A stretch of DNA of 64,000 nucleotides from assembly GCA_032718475.1 (NCBI GenBank), contig JAUCBJ010002152.1, forward strand, positions 10,293 through 74,292. Reading direction: 5' to 3'. The notes under the pieces were generated by a model that was not told the origin of the DNA, ran no database searches, and was given only the letters and a program-made list of their open reading frames with translations. Position 1 is the stretch's first letter; each line of letters opens with the position of its first letter. A program made the translations under genes and the position numbers. Of this stretch, positions 44,270 through 59,122 are shown piece by piece. Source of the DNA: Nemertoderma westbladi (taxonomy: Eukaryota; Animalia; Xenacoelomorpha).

Positions 44270-46933
44270 AACTGCAATAATTGCTCAAATGTAGTCATGC
44301 ATTGAATTGGGATGATGTTCTGCCTGCTACTAGTGAAACTCATTAAAGTTAAGGAGTCACTGGTGAGGAAGTGTCATAACTCCAACAGATTTTGAATAAT
44401 TCTGCTGGCTAACTTCAATTTCTTCCTCTGGTCCTGCTATGAGTAAAGTGTCGTTCACATAACAATAGATCCGAGCCACATCAAACAAAGTAAGTCATAG
44501 AAACCATCTCCATAAGACATTCTAACACCTCATTAATATATAAAGTATAGAAAGAATATAAAGAAACTAGTAGGAAGGAGGGAAATTGTGTGACCTCTTA
44601 TAGCCTCAGGTTCATTCCATTCGATTCATTGGATTGTTTGATCAATGTTCGCGCTTTTAGACCTTTAGCAGTTTAACCTGCCAAATTTAGGTGTCTTCTA
44701 GGTTATAAATCGACTTTAGCCTATGACAAGTATTTGATACACTACATTAGCCGAAGCCAGCCTATGCGCGACCATTCACCCACTGGATTTACCCGGTAGA
44801 CTGGATTCGGATGCTCTGACCTTATTGCAGTGTAGGCCTACTGTATTATTCGATTGATCGTTAATATATAATCGCTGACAAATATTATTCACTTTGGGAA
44901 ATATTAACAGTTCCTTTAGGACGTGGCACTCTAAGTATGTAAACAGAGTTATGACTTACACTAAACACAACGGGATGGCTAATGATTCACGTATAAAGCG
45001 CATTCTTTAGGAGATGCTTTGTTATCTATCACACTCATGCACACTACCGCACAATGCTGCACACCGATCTGCCGACCTTCACTAATTTTAATCATATATA
45101 AGGAGAACAGCAACCGACACATGTAGTGCCTATGAAATAGCCTTAGATTCACTCCAAAACCACTATAATGTAAGTCGCAATTGCTATATGTAACCGGTCT
45201 CTCTAACCTTCAGTATATCAAGAAGATTGGGGTTTTCTGATTATTTATCGATATTCTCCAAATATAACAATATTCCATCAACTGATACAATTAATAACCG
45301 ACAGTAAATAGCAGTAAAATAATGCGGTGTTTGTATGTGACCAGGTTTGTTATGAGTTCGTTAGATAGAATAACAGTTATACGTTTCTATGATCAAAGCC
45401 GTTCTAATGTTTTGCTAAAGTCTGAAACACAGAATAATTCCACACCCGATGTTCTAGGCTTAGGAAAAAAGGTAAACATAAACCAGAATGCATTGCGCGA
45501 TTTCCCAGAGGTTTCTGTACAAATAAAATGAAAATCGCTCTGATTGGTCGACCGAACGGTTGGTCAAAGTTAATCAGATATCTGTATGGGCTGATGATAT
45601 GTAGGATTTGTATTTGATGGATTTGGAAACATTATAAATCAGTAAATCAAATTAATATAATTTAATTAAACTCAAGTTTATTATTAGTATAAATAAATAA
45701 TTAATTCAATTTGTTTTAACAATAATCTAAAATAATAAAATTGTATTATTATCTCCCTTCTCAAATATCTCTCTCTTCTATATAAATTTTACAATCCTAC
45801 AAAGACCCACTAACCACACCTGATACGCCTATACACAAACCTCAGTCATCTCATAATATTAATTAGTAATCAACGTACATCATTATTGCATATACATAGC
45901 ACATAGGTTATAGAGTCCACTACAGATATGTATTAGTTTTTGTAACAACTAGTTCGTTTCGTTGATTACAAAATGTATTATTATAAAAGTAATGTTAATA
46001 AATGAAATTAAATATATTTAAATAGCTAAGTACCAACATTGTCAATAATCCTCGCAGACTAGTCGTTAAAATTTGACGGTCAAATGTACATTTTATAGGA
46101 GTGGTTTGTTAACAATCAAAGAAACGAAGAAACCTTTACCATGCGTGACTCAATTGGAGTAATTCGTTCACCATTGGGGTGATTTTGGGTTACAATTTAA
46201 ATGTGATTAAAATTAATCAAATCTGTCCACAGGAAATTTTTTTACGTACAAATTCCCTGTAGAATATTGGAATATTTCAGTTGCTTTCACTTCAAATTTA
46301 ACCATTTAGTGCTAGAAGTTACCAATTGGGAAAAAAATAAACATTTTGGGAAGGTCGGGCCACGAAATGTAAAAAACAAAATTACGTAAAATTCTTAGAA
46401 TAACGAAAATTAAATAAACAATTTTCAGAGAATAAAATTCCTAGGAAGTTGTAAAAATCACTCCGAGTAAGCTCCACTTACTATATACTAATGTTGTATG
46501 CTTTGCGCCCGGTGTGGGAGAATCCTCACAAAGGATCCTCCCACGTTGTGTTGTTTTTAGATTTAGATTAACAACCGCATATCCGAGTAGTTATATATTT
46601 TTCAACATCAATCATCGGGAATATCCTTATTAGTCATTTTAATGATATATTATTATAATATAATCATATTGGACCATGGATAATCATATTCTTGTATATA
46701 TATATTTATTGATTTAAAATTCAAACGGTAGAACTCGTAGAGCACACCAAATTAAGTATATTGCTTTATAGCTGTACCATACCAGTTGACTGGTAATTAT
46801 AACTTAAGTGAAAAAAGCGGATTTTTTATATACAATCAATAATTGATTATCTTTTTAAATATTAACAGACTTTTAATAACTCTATTTAATATTCTACAGT
46901 TTACAAACGGTGTCAGTATCAATTTATAACGTC

Positions 46934-47584
46934 ATGCAAGTTATCTCCACGCTATTATTTGCTTTACACACAACAATGGCTGCTTCCAACTTTACATGTC
47001 CTGTTGGAGTGACATGGAAAATTTCCTCTGAAAGCGACGGCATAAAAAAGGCGTATCAAGATAAGATAGCGAGGTTTATAAAAAGTAACCCCCAGTTTCA
47101 AAACGAAACAACCACTGTGAACGGAGGTTGTTCGGCTTGCGGTGTGGTAGCATACATTGCTTCTGGTTATGTTGATGGCTTTGGCCAGGAAGAAGGCGTC
47201 ATTGAGTTTCATAGTCATGAATGCAAAAACCACAATTGTGTTCAACTGGTCGAGGATGGTTGTATTTACTACATGCAGGTTGTCCTTCGTGATCATGGTG
47301 AGAGGGATGATCATTATGTGAGATTGTTAAATATTGTGAACTGGCTGCAGAATGATGTCGCAGTAACATATGAATCATGCCAAGTGATATGTTGCAGCGG
47401 CGAAGATCAGTGTCCCGCAATCGTTTGGAAAGAAAGGGTCACCGACAACCAAACCCCAACCACAGCGGATAACATCGAAACCTCATTGGCGGACGGATCC
47501 AACAATGTCCAATCAACCTGGGATTTGGTTGTGGCCCTTATTGCTGCCGTTGTTTTAGGTGGAGGGCTTTATCAGAGACAATAA
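46934..47584 (+). CDS. Probable host gene: secreted Cys-rich protein with C-terminal hydrophobic (GPI/TM) anchor, Ly6/uPAR-like ending
   Basis: Signal peptide MQVISTLLFALHTTMAA, 10 Cys ending CQVICCSGEDQC, Thr-rich linker, LVVALIAAVVLGGG tail; splice acceptor TTCTACAG at ~46899; candidate TATA 45095 and donor GTAAGT 45170. Confidence 0.7.
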   Translation: MQVISTLLFALHTTMAASNFTCPVGVTWKISSESDGIKKAYQDKIARFIKSNPQFQNETTTVNGGCSACGVVAYIASGYVDGFGQEEGVIEFHSHECKNHNCVQLVEDGCIYYMQVVLRDHGERDDHYVRLLNIVNWLQNDVAVTYESCQVICCSGEDQCPAIVWKERVTDNQTPTTADNIETSLADGSNNVQSTWDLVVALIAAVVLGGGLYQRQ

Positions 47585-50500
47585 ATATTCAAATGAAACA
47601 AAATGTTGAAACTAAAATATTGATATATGCAAGAATGATTCTAATTCATTATCTAATATATCATGGATAAATATATTTATCTTGAGCACGCGAACTTGAC
47701 CAAGTTCGAAACAAGTTCGATTTGATCTGGAGTCAAAAGTTCGAGAGGCTTTAGGCCGTAACTTTAGAAAATATTGGAACTTTTTCTCTAGTATGCCCAT
47801 ACTATACTACTATTTATAATGACCTTTTAAGTCACACCTTTTAAAAATCGAAGTTTACCTTTATTTCAAACAATAGAACACATCTCAACCCAAGAACTAA
47901 CAAAATAAAAATCACTAAAACAAACAACAATGCTGGGTACCGTAGTCTATTAATAATTAAAACTCGTCTATGGAACAATCTCGATAAGAGCCTCACAGGA
48001 ATTAAACATCGCCAAATATTCGACACCAAAATAAAACTCCATTTTTATACAAAATATGAACGTGAGAAAATTAAATGAAAATATCAGATTAATTACATAG
48101 ATTTCAATTATACAGTGGATTAGTGTAGGGAAGTTCCAATTTAGGTTACGTACGTAAAATTTCATATACAGTAAGGAAAGAATAGTACCGTAGGGTTTGT
48201 AGGTGAAATTATCGCCGACATTTATTCTCCCAATTAACCGCTATGCCGGGGCAACCCGTCTGAGCTGCCTCCATAAATATTTAATGTTGTTGAGTTCAGA
48301 ATAATAATAATCTAATCTAATCTAATACAAAATTTGGTTGAAAATGGTTAAAATCATCAAAAGTTATTTACGAATAGAATTGAATGAATTTGAAATAATT
48401 TTTCATTACAGACGGACAGACAGACGGACAGGACAGACAGACAGACGGACATAAAATTTTGCCCTATTTACTAATTATTATTAGAAAGCCAGCAAGCTGG
48501 CTGGAAGGAACCCGGGGGAAGAATCCTAGCTAAGACTATTACCAATGAACTATGTCAGTCAGCAGTAAGTAAACTAAACAATTGTCTAAACTGTAAGGCG
48601 TGAGGCTAGCTGTCTTTGTGGCTCGCCCCACATAATAAAAAATGAAACTTAGCTACCACTAACAAAAATATCATATGAAGCAAATAATTTCATTATCAAG
48701 CACGTTTACAAGATATAAGATACGATTACCAAATATTTATAAAAAAAAATGGCCATGGTGCACAACCAGATAAATAACAACGAATAGAGCCAAATAACAA
48801 ATTTAGTTTCCTTCTAAATGTATAATACATGATAGAAACACCAGTTGGTGCGGATACGCCCAAACTACAGAGAAGTATTTTACTTGCCAAGTTTTAGTAA
48901 GGTTCTGTTTACTCACTCACACTATCACAGACAGTAATCAAACATCAACTGTTTATAATGTAATACCCCGTCAGCTGAATATATCTTCCCAGTGAATCCT
49001 ATGGGAATATCTATAAGGTTTCTCACTGCTGTGTTAGGTGGTAGGCCAGCTGATTGAATTATAAGCACAGGGTCCTTCAAATTTTTTATAGGTTAATAAT
49101 AATAATGAGTGGGGAGGGACCCAGCTACACTACGTTTGTCTATGGACGGTCTTCTTATAGCCAGCTTGCTGGCTTTTCTAGTTAATTAATTAATTAATAG
49201 GGCTGCCTTCGATGTATTCTAATAGGTCAGGCCCGCCCAAAGCCAACTCTCTATGTATTCCATTTCCACAACTGTCAATGAATGTATATGAATGCATATA
49301 ATACATATAATTTCGCGACAACATAATTTCAAAAAAATGAAATATTTCGAATACCAGACATAGAATCGATCTGAAATTTTGTATCGTGATTATGAACCAC
49401 CAAAGCAATGTTCTTGCAAAATTTCATAAGAAACGCCAGGCAGGAAGTGCCTGAACCTGGATTATTATCAGTGAGTGAGTCAGTCAGTACGTCAGTGTTA
49501 TATGACCTGAGATTTTTTCAGTAATTATCCCACTGTCGAGCAGGCTCCTAATTGTGCACTAAGAAGGCTCACCCTGACTGCGTGGCTCGCCCCACAGTTC
49601 TATAATTAAGTGGCGAAATAACGTTACGTTTTATCCTCTAATAAACATATTATGTAAAACGATTATTGTAATAAAATGTAGTATTCTATTATTATTATAA
49701 TTATCAAATTTATAACAAACCTGTCTTTAGACTGGGTAGTTCTTGTCTATTGCGTACGCCCGGCGGTTGGATGTTTTACGATTAACTACTGAATTATCTA
49801 ATGACTGAACGACCAGATTACTCATATCAGATAAACCTATCCAGCCTCGGATCCCGGCACCTTTCTACCGTCCTGGTTGCCTGGAGCGTACGAGATATCG
49901 ACATATCAGTTCTCAGTTTCTATTTCAGTGTTCACGTTATTCCGTGATATGTTATGTTACAACTTTGCACCATTCTTGTTCATAATTGTGGTTGCTATGT
50001 TACGCATGTCCTTAGATAATCGTAATGATGATCTAATATAATCATTGCTAAATTTAATTGATCCTAACATGATTACAAAATCATTGGTACAAAATCATTT
50101 CTTTGTTTTTTTTGTTGTTGAAAGTTTAGCAAGCTTAACTTTGGGGGGAGTTTGTAACGAAAGAAATGATGATATATACAACAAAGTAATTTTATCTTCT
50201 CTCAAAACGTTGTAAAGGACCTTAAGGCTCGCCCCATTCAATATAACGACTTTAGATTCAATATTAATAATATAAGTAGGAAATCGAAGTAAGGGCATCT
50301 TGGCAATCTCCCAACTAGTACTAGTGATGTTATTATTTGATTAATGGTGATGGGTTTGTAATGTAGGAAGGAGCGAGCCAATCACAGAATGCCACCGCCC
50401 GCGCCACTTGGAATGGCAGAGATGATAATTGATAAGACAAAGTAGTTTTTCCATTATGGCCCCAGTGTTGACTCTTTCCCCCCAGAGAGCGGGGATAGAG

Positions 50501-51699
50501 AAATAGCCGTGGCGGAAACACTATTTCTGACGAGTGTCTCCCACTCGTTAATAATTGCATTCTGTGATTGTCTCTAATTAATAACTGTGTGTAACATATA
50601 TTTACAATAAAACTGTTATTACACTGTATAAAGTGTGGGCTCGTACAGGAAGTGTTTTTCTCCAAGTAAAAAGTATATATAAAAAAACCCTTTCATCATC
50701 AATGATTTTTACGATAAACTTGAAAATATTTTTCATACAACTGATCTGAAAGATAAACCTGCTAATTGTTGGAACTTCTGAGATGATTACGGCTTTCCCA
50801 TGGACCCAAATAATGTTGAAACAGTATCTCGAGTTGGTCAGAAAGTGGTTACTGTGGTTACAGTATGTAACGAAGCAAAAGCGGAATTATCGTTGAGGAT
50901 TAAGGAGCTCATGGAAGACTTACATGAGCCATTACATACGAAATTTACTGAGTTAATAAAATTAGCTAAAACAAAGGTCAATTATATTTCTGTCCTTAGG
51001 GAACTCATCTAAATATAATAGATGAGTGCTTTATATTTTATGTGCAAATATGTATAGTACATTTGACTGATTGAAGTGATCATATTTTTTGTTTAAAAAA
51101 TGAATTCACTTATTTGTTGTATATTAAGGGGGGGGGGGGGGGGGGGGGAGAGGGTAACCCCCCTCGCTAAAAATGTAAGAAATTTGTATTTTATTGCATC
51201 TAGAGTAGAATATAAAATAATGGGGATTTCAAATCTGAAAACGGCTTAGACATCAGATCATTAAAAACTCCTATTACTTCACTGGTTGAATCAGGGTAAG
51301 CCAGTTTTATGACCTAGCTGCAGCCACGTAGTGCAAACAACCCCAGTATATTCGACATTAATATGATGATCCGGATCAGTTGTGAATATAATCACACAAT
51401 ATGCCATGGTGATTGTGATACCAATAATAATATAGTTGATTTCTTTATATATCTAGGGTCTATAATCTATCTATAGCTTACTGTTATAATCGATCATGTA
51501 AACACAACTAGAGCGCTACAGGAGCAGTGAGTGATGATTGGGGGTTATTAAGCTAGTGATGAAACAAAACACCTGTTTATTTAGTTATTACAGTAGATTA
51601 GTTATTAGTACCGATAATAAATATAGAAAAATGTTGAGAGTGAAAGATGTCCATAGCAGTGATTAAGAGAATAGAATGATAGAAGGGAAATTTTATATG

Positions 51700-52600
51700 T
51701 TAATCATGTAATGTTCTGATAGTAGCCAAGATTTCAAAGCTCGGTTGAATTGATATTTCTTAGGAAAGATGCATATATCGTTTGGAATTTCATTCCAAAT
51801 TACAGGGCCCTGGTATTGTATCGAAAATTGGCCCCTAGCTGTATTGAATCTAGGAATAAAATATTTGTTACTTGTAGTTAGTTGAACGAGTACCGTATCT
51901 ATGTACTGTATTGGAGAGTCTAAATAGACTAGATATACCTACAGGAAGATTGTTAGAGCTAGCATCATACATAGTTTACCTACATTATATTTATACAGTA
52001 GATTGTTAGAGCTAGCATCATACATAGTTTACCTACATTATATTTATACATTAGATTCACAGGTAAGACAGTTAAGTTCTTGTATATTGGAAAGGAGTGG
52101 GCTTTCCAGTCACTAAAAGTTATTCCACGCACAATCTTATTTACTTGAGTTCTGATTTTAGAGATATTTATTATTATATTTATTATTATTATATTTAGAG
52201 ATATATTTATTATAAGTACAACCCCATAGTTCTATACCATAATTTAATTTACTATGTATTAGACTAAAGTAGATAGTTTTTAATACAAATAATGGCAGGA
52301 TGTGACGAATAAGTAAGAAAATATGTGATCGCATGAGCTGTCCAACTTAATAATTTATCAATATATATACCCAAATATTTAACAACGTCCTGTTTTTCGA
52401 TAATTGTATTCCTAATTTTGACCTTTGGTGCTGCTTCAATGATTCTAGGATTAGAGGTCGATAAACTATATACAGTTTTACTCAGGTTGAGGGATAGTTT
52501 ATTTACAGCGCACCAATCACTTAGTTCACATAATTCAATATTTGTATTTCTTATTAATAATTCTTATTTCTTATTAATTTTAATATCTGTTACCATCACA
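51700..52600 (-). mobile_element. Degenerate CR1/L2-like LINE 3' fragment
   Basis: Eroded RT C-terminal motifs on the minus strand (KYLG, FSIQYQGPVIWN) with many stops. Confidence 0.5.
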
Positions 52601-52629
52601 AAGCATCCCCCATCTGTAAACAGTACCAA

Positions 52630-53580
52630 AGTATTTTGAATGTTTAGTTTAAAAGTTTGAATTGTTTGGTTTAAAACAAATTATTCGAGATTCTACCAGA
52701 ATTACCAGTAAAACTTCTACTTTACTAGATCACATCCTTTGTAATAATACCGATATTATTTCTCAATCTGGGGTTTTACCAATAGGTCTAAGCGATCATT
52801 TTATAGTTTTCTGCACAAGAAAGACACAAAAATCTTTTTTCGGGGATCATAAAACAGTAACAGTTAGGTCTATGAAAAATTACAGCAAGGAACGCTTTTT
52901 AAGTTTGTTAGTTAATTCTGACTGGGAACCCTGTTTTAAGGCCGCTGACATTAACCTTGCGTACACTGTTTTTAAAGATATATTTCTAAAGGCGCTTAAT
53001 ACTGTAGCACTAATTAAAGAAATTCGTCTTAAACAACGCACTGAGCCCTGGATGACCTCGGGTATTCTTAGTAATATACAGAGAAAGAGATAACTCTTTG
53101 TATAAATTTAGGAAATACCGTGTTTTAGCTGATTATAATAATTACTGCAAATATAGAAACCTTGTCCAACGGGAAATAAAAAAAGCTAAATCTGAATATT
53201 TGTACAACAAAATAAGTGAGAAAAAGATAATCCTAAAAGTCTATGGTCTACCCTAAAATCTTTAGGTTATAAAAACCTTAAATCTAAATCGAATATTGTT
53301 CTGCAAGATAACGGTGAGCTGATTCATGATCATACTCTAATTAGTAATTTATTTAATAATTATTTTACTAATGTTGCCTCTAATTTAGTTAAGAAGTTAC
53401 CGTTATCAAGTAATAAATATAGTATAGGGTCCGAAACTCTAAATAATTTTTATTTAGAAAAGTTACAAAATTCAGAAAAGTTATTTTTAAAACCCGTTTC
53501 TGAGGATTTCGTTTTTCAAAATCTACTTAGCCTATCAGCCTCAAAAAGTACCGGTCTAGACCTAATACCTGCCCGTTTTC
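52630..53580 (+). mobile_element. CR1/L2-like LINE ORF2 fragment (endonuclease end plus linker), cut by piggyBac insertion
   Basis: LKQIIRDSTRITSKTSTLLDHIL, GLSDH, EPWMT, KSTGLD.IPARFL. Confidence 0.75.
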
Positions 53581-53584
53581 TTAA

Positions 53585-56500
53585 CCCTTTCAGCCCATGG
53601 CATATATCTATGCCACCACTAAATGCTCCATGGCATATATTTATGCCATGGTTATCCTTTGAGATGTACGGCTTGTTTGTTTTGTAGAGCAGTACTAGGG
53701 ATGTTCTGTGAGCTGTTGGAGCATTTCTAGGCAATATAATATGCTGCACACCAACTTTTGGCGGTAAATTCAAACCTATCCAAGCCTTATTATAGTGTTG
53801 TATTGATACTGCAGTTCAGTACAATTGTACATTCAAGGCTTTATACGACTTGTTATACATCAGTATTCCCCTTAGCCCCCCCCCCCCCCCATACTTTTAG
53901 ACAATATCTAAGGTACCAAAGTCTGGATTCTGTTACTGGTAGGCTGTCTTATTGCACCAATAGATGTTTGTTTATTTTGGTTACTGCCTACCGGTAAGTA
54001 ACCTAGGTACTAACCCTAAATAGTCCATCCGTAAGTAGTAATATTTCCATTCAGCCATTATAATTTCGCTATAATTTCGGACTGTCGGAGACTATTGTCA
54101 CGCGAATGTAACAATCCAGATATATATATAGTCGTGTAGGATATACCGGTAGCCGACTACTGGACTAGACCTAACGCCCCAGTCAGCTAGTGTTGGAAAT
54201 TGGCTGAGAATGCCATACCCAGTACGGCAACGAAAACTACCCCATTCAAATGGTTTTTCGGGAGTGGATTCAGATGAAGACATAGACGAAGATGGTAGTG
54301 AGGCTGACACAGCTGGCAGTGACGACGACAGTGTTAGTGGTACCGGTAGTAGCGATGACGACGATGACCGCGTTATGCTCCCTGAATCCAATGTTTGGAA
54401 ATCGATTGATCCAGACCAGGATCCATTTCAGCCTCACTGTTTCAATTCAACATCTGGCTGGCGGGGTGTGGATACAAGAAATTTTGAAATTGGAGATTAT
54501 GTTGATCTTTTCTTGACTGATAATTTACCCTGCAAACAATGTATTGTTAAAAAGCTGTTATTAAAATGTTATTTAATGACATAGATAACATTATTTCAAA
54601 TTGTTAGATTAATGGTAAAAAAACTGTAAATTGGCCAAGAAATATGACGTTATATACTAACGTTATTATTTCGTTTTTAATAACATTAAAATAACAAAGC
54701 CAGGATGGTTACATATATCATTACTTTTATGTTATTCCTTATCATTATTATTGTATTTTTATTGACATTAAAATAACAACGGCATAATGTTTATTTAGAT
54801 CGTTGCTTTTATGTTATTTCTTAACATAAAAATATTGTTTGCTAAAAACGTAACATTATACGTGCATTAAGCCCTTCTCTCATGTTTTATGGTTGGTTCG
54901 CTTGCTCAAAATAATAATCCCCCTCCATTGCCGTTCTTTATAATTGCCAAACCCTTTATTGAATAATTAATTAATGATTTCCCTACGCATGTTGATATGG
55001 TAGTGGCAGGCTCGGCTACAATCTCTAACACAGTTTGATTGAATACAATTTTGTTGTATATGCAATTGTATGCAAATTAATAACAATTAAAACGTATAAC
55101 TTGAATTGAATTTTTTGTATAATGACCAGTCAGGAACAAATAATGAAATAAACAGCAAAATCAAAGTAAAATATCGCAATAAGTAAACAACAAATATATG
55201 GCTGTATGGCCCATTACGTGAATGGTTTTGATATTTCGGTTAAAGTTAATCACAGACTTAAAATGAATATGTTTATGACGTAATAATAAGTGACAACAAC
55301 GTAATGAATTTCATCAATTAAAATACTTTAAGTTAATATTATTCACTAGATTTATAGATCTGATTTGTAGTCTATATAAAATAATGTACATATAGTGGTG
55401 GGTTTAATAAATAATACCTCACAACAATGTTAAATTATTAAAAGGAGCAGGTTACAGTTGGCTACAGAGGCACATTATTATATCCTACGGGTAAACAAAA
55501 AAAAAACAGGTTACAGATTTATTTCTGGGAGAGTAATCAGTACCTCCCTGGAGAGGGATGATTTTGATTGCATCGCAAATCCTCTCTATCTGAACAAATC
55601 ATATTTAAAAAATTAAATGTTAATTATAATTATAGCTGAGTGAGCTTCATTTATTAAACTGTAAAAATAAATCAATAGGCCTAGGCCCTACAAAAGTACA
55701 ATCTAAAAACTGAAACAATAAATAGTTTGTAATAACAGTTAATGTGAAGTTTTCAAATCGAATCGAAAGTTTTGTAGTAATGCTGTCCCTGTGCCCTGCC
55801 CCTTCAACTGAAAACTGGGACCTCCCAATAATAAGAATTCCAATCTTTAGTCCTCGGCTGTTGAAATCCACCATCAGTACAGACAAATAAGTCAATCCTC
55901 CACCTGTCAGTGCTGGTTTAAGGGGACTTTCTGGTCCTGGCAGACTTGAATTCTGTAATTGGTAGGTCCAATGCAGTAATGTGTGAATCCAGAGGGTAAA
56001 GGCGAACTCGCATTCAGGTAGATATGTTTTATTTATGAGTTCAGGTTAAATAAATCACAAAACCAAAACTATAAAACCAAAAATATAAGCTACTGTACAG
56101 AGCAGTAGGCCTGCAGTAACTACACTACAGTAATATAGAGATAGGCCTTGCAGTACAGCAGTATAACAATACATATACACAATAAACATTGAATACAGGC
56201 ATGCCAGAATGAGTATTGTACAACATACCATACTGTATACCATTTACATGTGGAAAATTCCTCCATTACCGCGAATTTTAAAATTAGCCAATCATCAATC
56301 TCAGATTAGATAATAGAAGTGACAGCGTCTATCGCATAATGCTTATTTTATGTGACAAAATAACATTGTTCTGATATGTAACAAACCATGTTCTTAAAAT
56401 GTTAGAACTAAACACTTATAAAATATTTTTGACTAATGTTTATGTTCTCACATTAAAATTACGTTTTTTTAACTTCAACAGTTATCATTTATTTAATGTC

Positions 56501-58000
56501 TGACAAAGACATTATAGAGTAATGTTAAAATAACATATATTGAACATCTAAATATTCTATCAAACAAGGGAATAACATTTATCAACATTTATAACAAATT
56601 AATGATGTTTTTCTGACATTCCTTGAAAGTAAATTGTTTGCAGGGTAATTGACATAATTGTAAAGTGCACCAATCAAAGAATCCACCAAGCGAACAAAGC
56701 AGCATTGGATTTAGCTACTACTTCCGGGAATAAAGTTATACCTGTCAAAGATATCGCAGCTTCTGAAATGCGATGATTTTTAGGAATTACATTTTTGATG
56801 GGTGTTATAAGAAAATGTACTTTACATGATTACTGGTCCACTAGGGAGAGTATCGCTACTCCGCATTTCGGGAAACTAATGTCACGAAATCGATATATTG
56901 AAATCCTTCGTTATCTAAGATTTTCGGACTTAGATAAATTGGACCCGGATATCAGAATGACGCTTCTGCAGGATTTCATTGACGAATTGCATCTAATTGT
57001 AAAAGTTTATACTGCTGGGGAGGAACTTTCACTTGATGAATCATTACTGTTGCATAAGGGGCGGTTACTATTCAAAAAGTACATAAAGACAAAAGCAGCG
57101 CGATTTGGAATAAAACTATTTATTCTCACTGATCACCTTGGATATATGTTATCTACTATTATATACTTTGGAGCACAATCTAAAATAAATAGCGGTGAGG
57201 ATGGTGCTTCTCACCTTAGCAAATCTGAGCAGGTTGTTGTTTCGTTGTTGAAGGAAGCTGGCTACCTAGATAAAGGATACATGGTATCAATTGATAAATG
57301 GTACAATTCTGTTCGGCTTGCCATGTACCTCTACGAATGGAATACTGGAATTAGGGGAACTATACGCTGTGACCGTGGTATTCCGCTGGATCTAAAGAAT
57401 AATGAGTTGACTCCAATAAACTCCGTATTTTCCCATAATAATGATGGTAATGTTCCAGTACTTGCCATAAAATTCTGCAACAAAAGAGTCGTTTACTTTA
57501 TTACAACCTCCGATAAAGCCAACCTTGTAGATAAGACCCGCTACCTACCCGCAGGACAAACTCATGACTATAAGAAACCGCAACCTATTGATAAATACAA
57601 CGATAACATGGGTGGAATAGATTCTTCGGATTCAATGATTTCTTCGTGTACATCTGTCCGCAAATGTCAGAAATGGTTTGTCAAACTAGGAATCCATTAT
57701 ATTCAGCGCCTTGTATTGAATAGTTATATCCGCTACCGGGCTGAAAAGAAACCGAAACATCTAACATTCAGTATGTACCTCTTGGATGCTATCGATTACC
57801 TAACACAAGTACCAACACGAGCCGTCCCACACAAGCGTCAATCTTTGCCAGCCGTGCCAACTGCCGTGCCGTGCCAGTTCTTTCTCAACGACAGCTTTAT
57901 GTATCTCCAAAATACGATTCTGATGCAATTGGAAAGTATTTTTTGACATTGATGAGGGGATACCCATTATCTCCATGAAGAGCTGCAAACCCTCTAAACC
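53585..58000 (+). mobile_element. piggyBac element (left end TTAA|CCC); transposase pseudogene 54210-54527 + 56648-~57990
   Basis: TTAACCCTTT at 53581; acidic N-terminus; LSLDES, SIDKWY, MGGIDSSD triad; KWFVKL. One TGA and a C-terminal frameshift; right TIR not found. Confidence 0.85.
54528..56645. mobile_element. Non-autonomous DNA transposon (CCCTGCAAACAAT TIRs, TA duplication; CMC/EnSpm-like) inside the piggyBac transposase
   Basis: Removing it plus one TA restores the frame: FLTDNL|IDIIVKCTNQ. Confidence 0.85.
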
Positions 58001-58270
58001 TAATCCAACCTCTGTTGTTGCATATGTAATTCTATAAAAGCAAAAAATGTACCGGTACCAAAAATAAAATAAATAAAAACTATTTTTTCTTCATAATATT
58101 TTTTTAATTGTTTGTTTTTTGAAAAATAATAAGCTTAGCTTAGCTATCTTAAAAAATATTTAGGCTACAGGTACCATAAAAATTAATAACTATGTAGAAT
58201 GTTTCACAAAAAGTTAACATAAAAAAATGGTGGGCACCAAGACACGTTCGTGTGGACTTCGCACAGCACG

Positions 58271-58836
58271 TAGTCGGCAAGCCTTGGCATACGGTTCATA
58301 TAGAGCAAATGGGGCATGTCTAGTTTGGACCCCATATCCCATGCTATAAATGTATTCATTCGATATACAATCATATGTTAATCCGCTAGGTGGTGTCAAA
58401 TTGTTATTCTGCAATTTCGTACTTACCAGTGCAGCACTGTACAGCAGTACCGTACCGGTAGGCCTATGTCATTACTTCGGAGTCTCTAGCCGATCCCCAA
58501 TTAAATGTCTTAACTTTTCAATTTCGTAAAATATAGACTTCATGATTCTCTACAGGCCACCAAAATTTCAGCTCAGGAAAATGAGGCCTTCCCGAGAAAT
58601 TTAACATTTTCTAAAAACCACATAATCTGTCGTAGCTGATGTCAGACTGCATGATTTTTCACCAAACTTTACAAACTTTCTAAACTTTCTCACTACTACT
58701 TACCTACTAAGTTTGGTTCAATTCCGAACCAGCGATGCCGAGATATTCGCGTTCAAACATTTACCAGACAGACAGACAGACAGATGGACATGCCCCATTT
58801 GCCCTATATGAACCGTATGCCAAGGCTCGCCGACTA
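58271..58836. mobile_element. MITE with ~50-bp terminal inverted repeats and internal (GACA)n
   Basis: TAGTCGGCAAGCCTTGGCATACGGTTCATATAGAGCAAATGGGGCATGTC is inverted at ~58787-58836. Confidence 0.75.
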
Positions 58837-59122
58837 GGACCAGTGAAATCAGTTGTTGTTGCTGTTGTAAAATGTTCTCTAACATAACATTTCCGACTGG
58901 ACCAGCTCCTCCACCGCCTGGATCGCCACCTTCTCTCGAATCCCGAAATCCTATACCGTATTGAGACAATAAATCCCGAGGTTGACCGACAAGAAACGAG
59001 ATTAAATCTTGCTTCTGTAATCCGCTAATATCGCCGCCGATATCCCGAGTGATATCCCGTAACCGATCATATGTAAACCCTTCCAGGACTTCCTTCAACC
59101 CGTAATTGTTCGCCATCGCCAT
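58837..59122 (-). pseudogene. Possible LTR-retrotransposon gag N-terminal fragment truncated by the MITE
   Basis: ATG ORF with SAP-like helical start (LRDITRDIGGDISGLQKQDLISFL) and QQQQL segment; ends at the MITE boundary. Confidence 0.35.

Noticed and set aside
50800-51012. Short helical ORF, possibly an exon
   Set aside because: No recognisable family and no supporting neighbouring exons; insufficient evidence.
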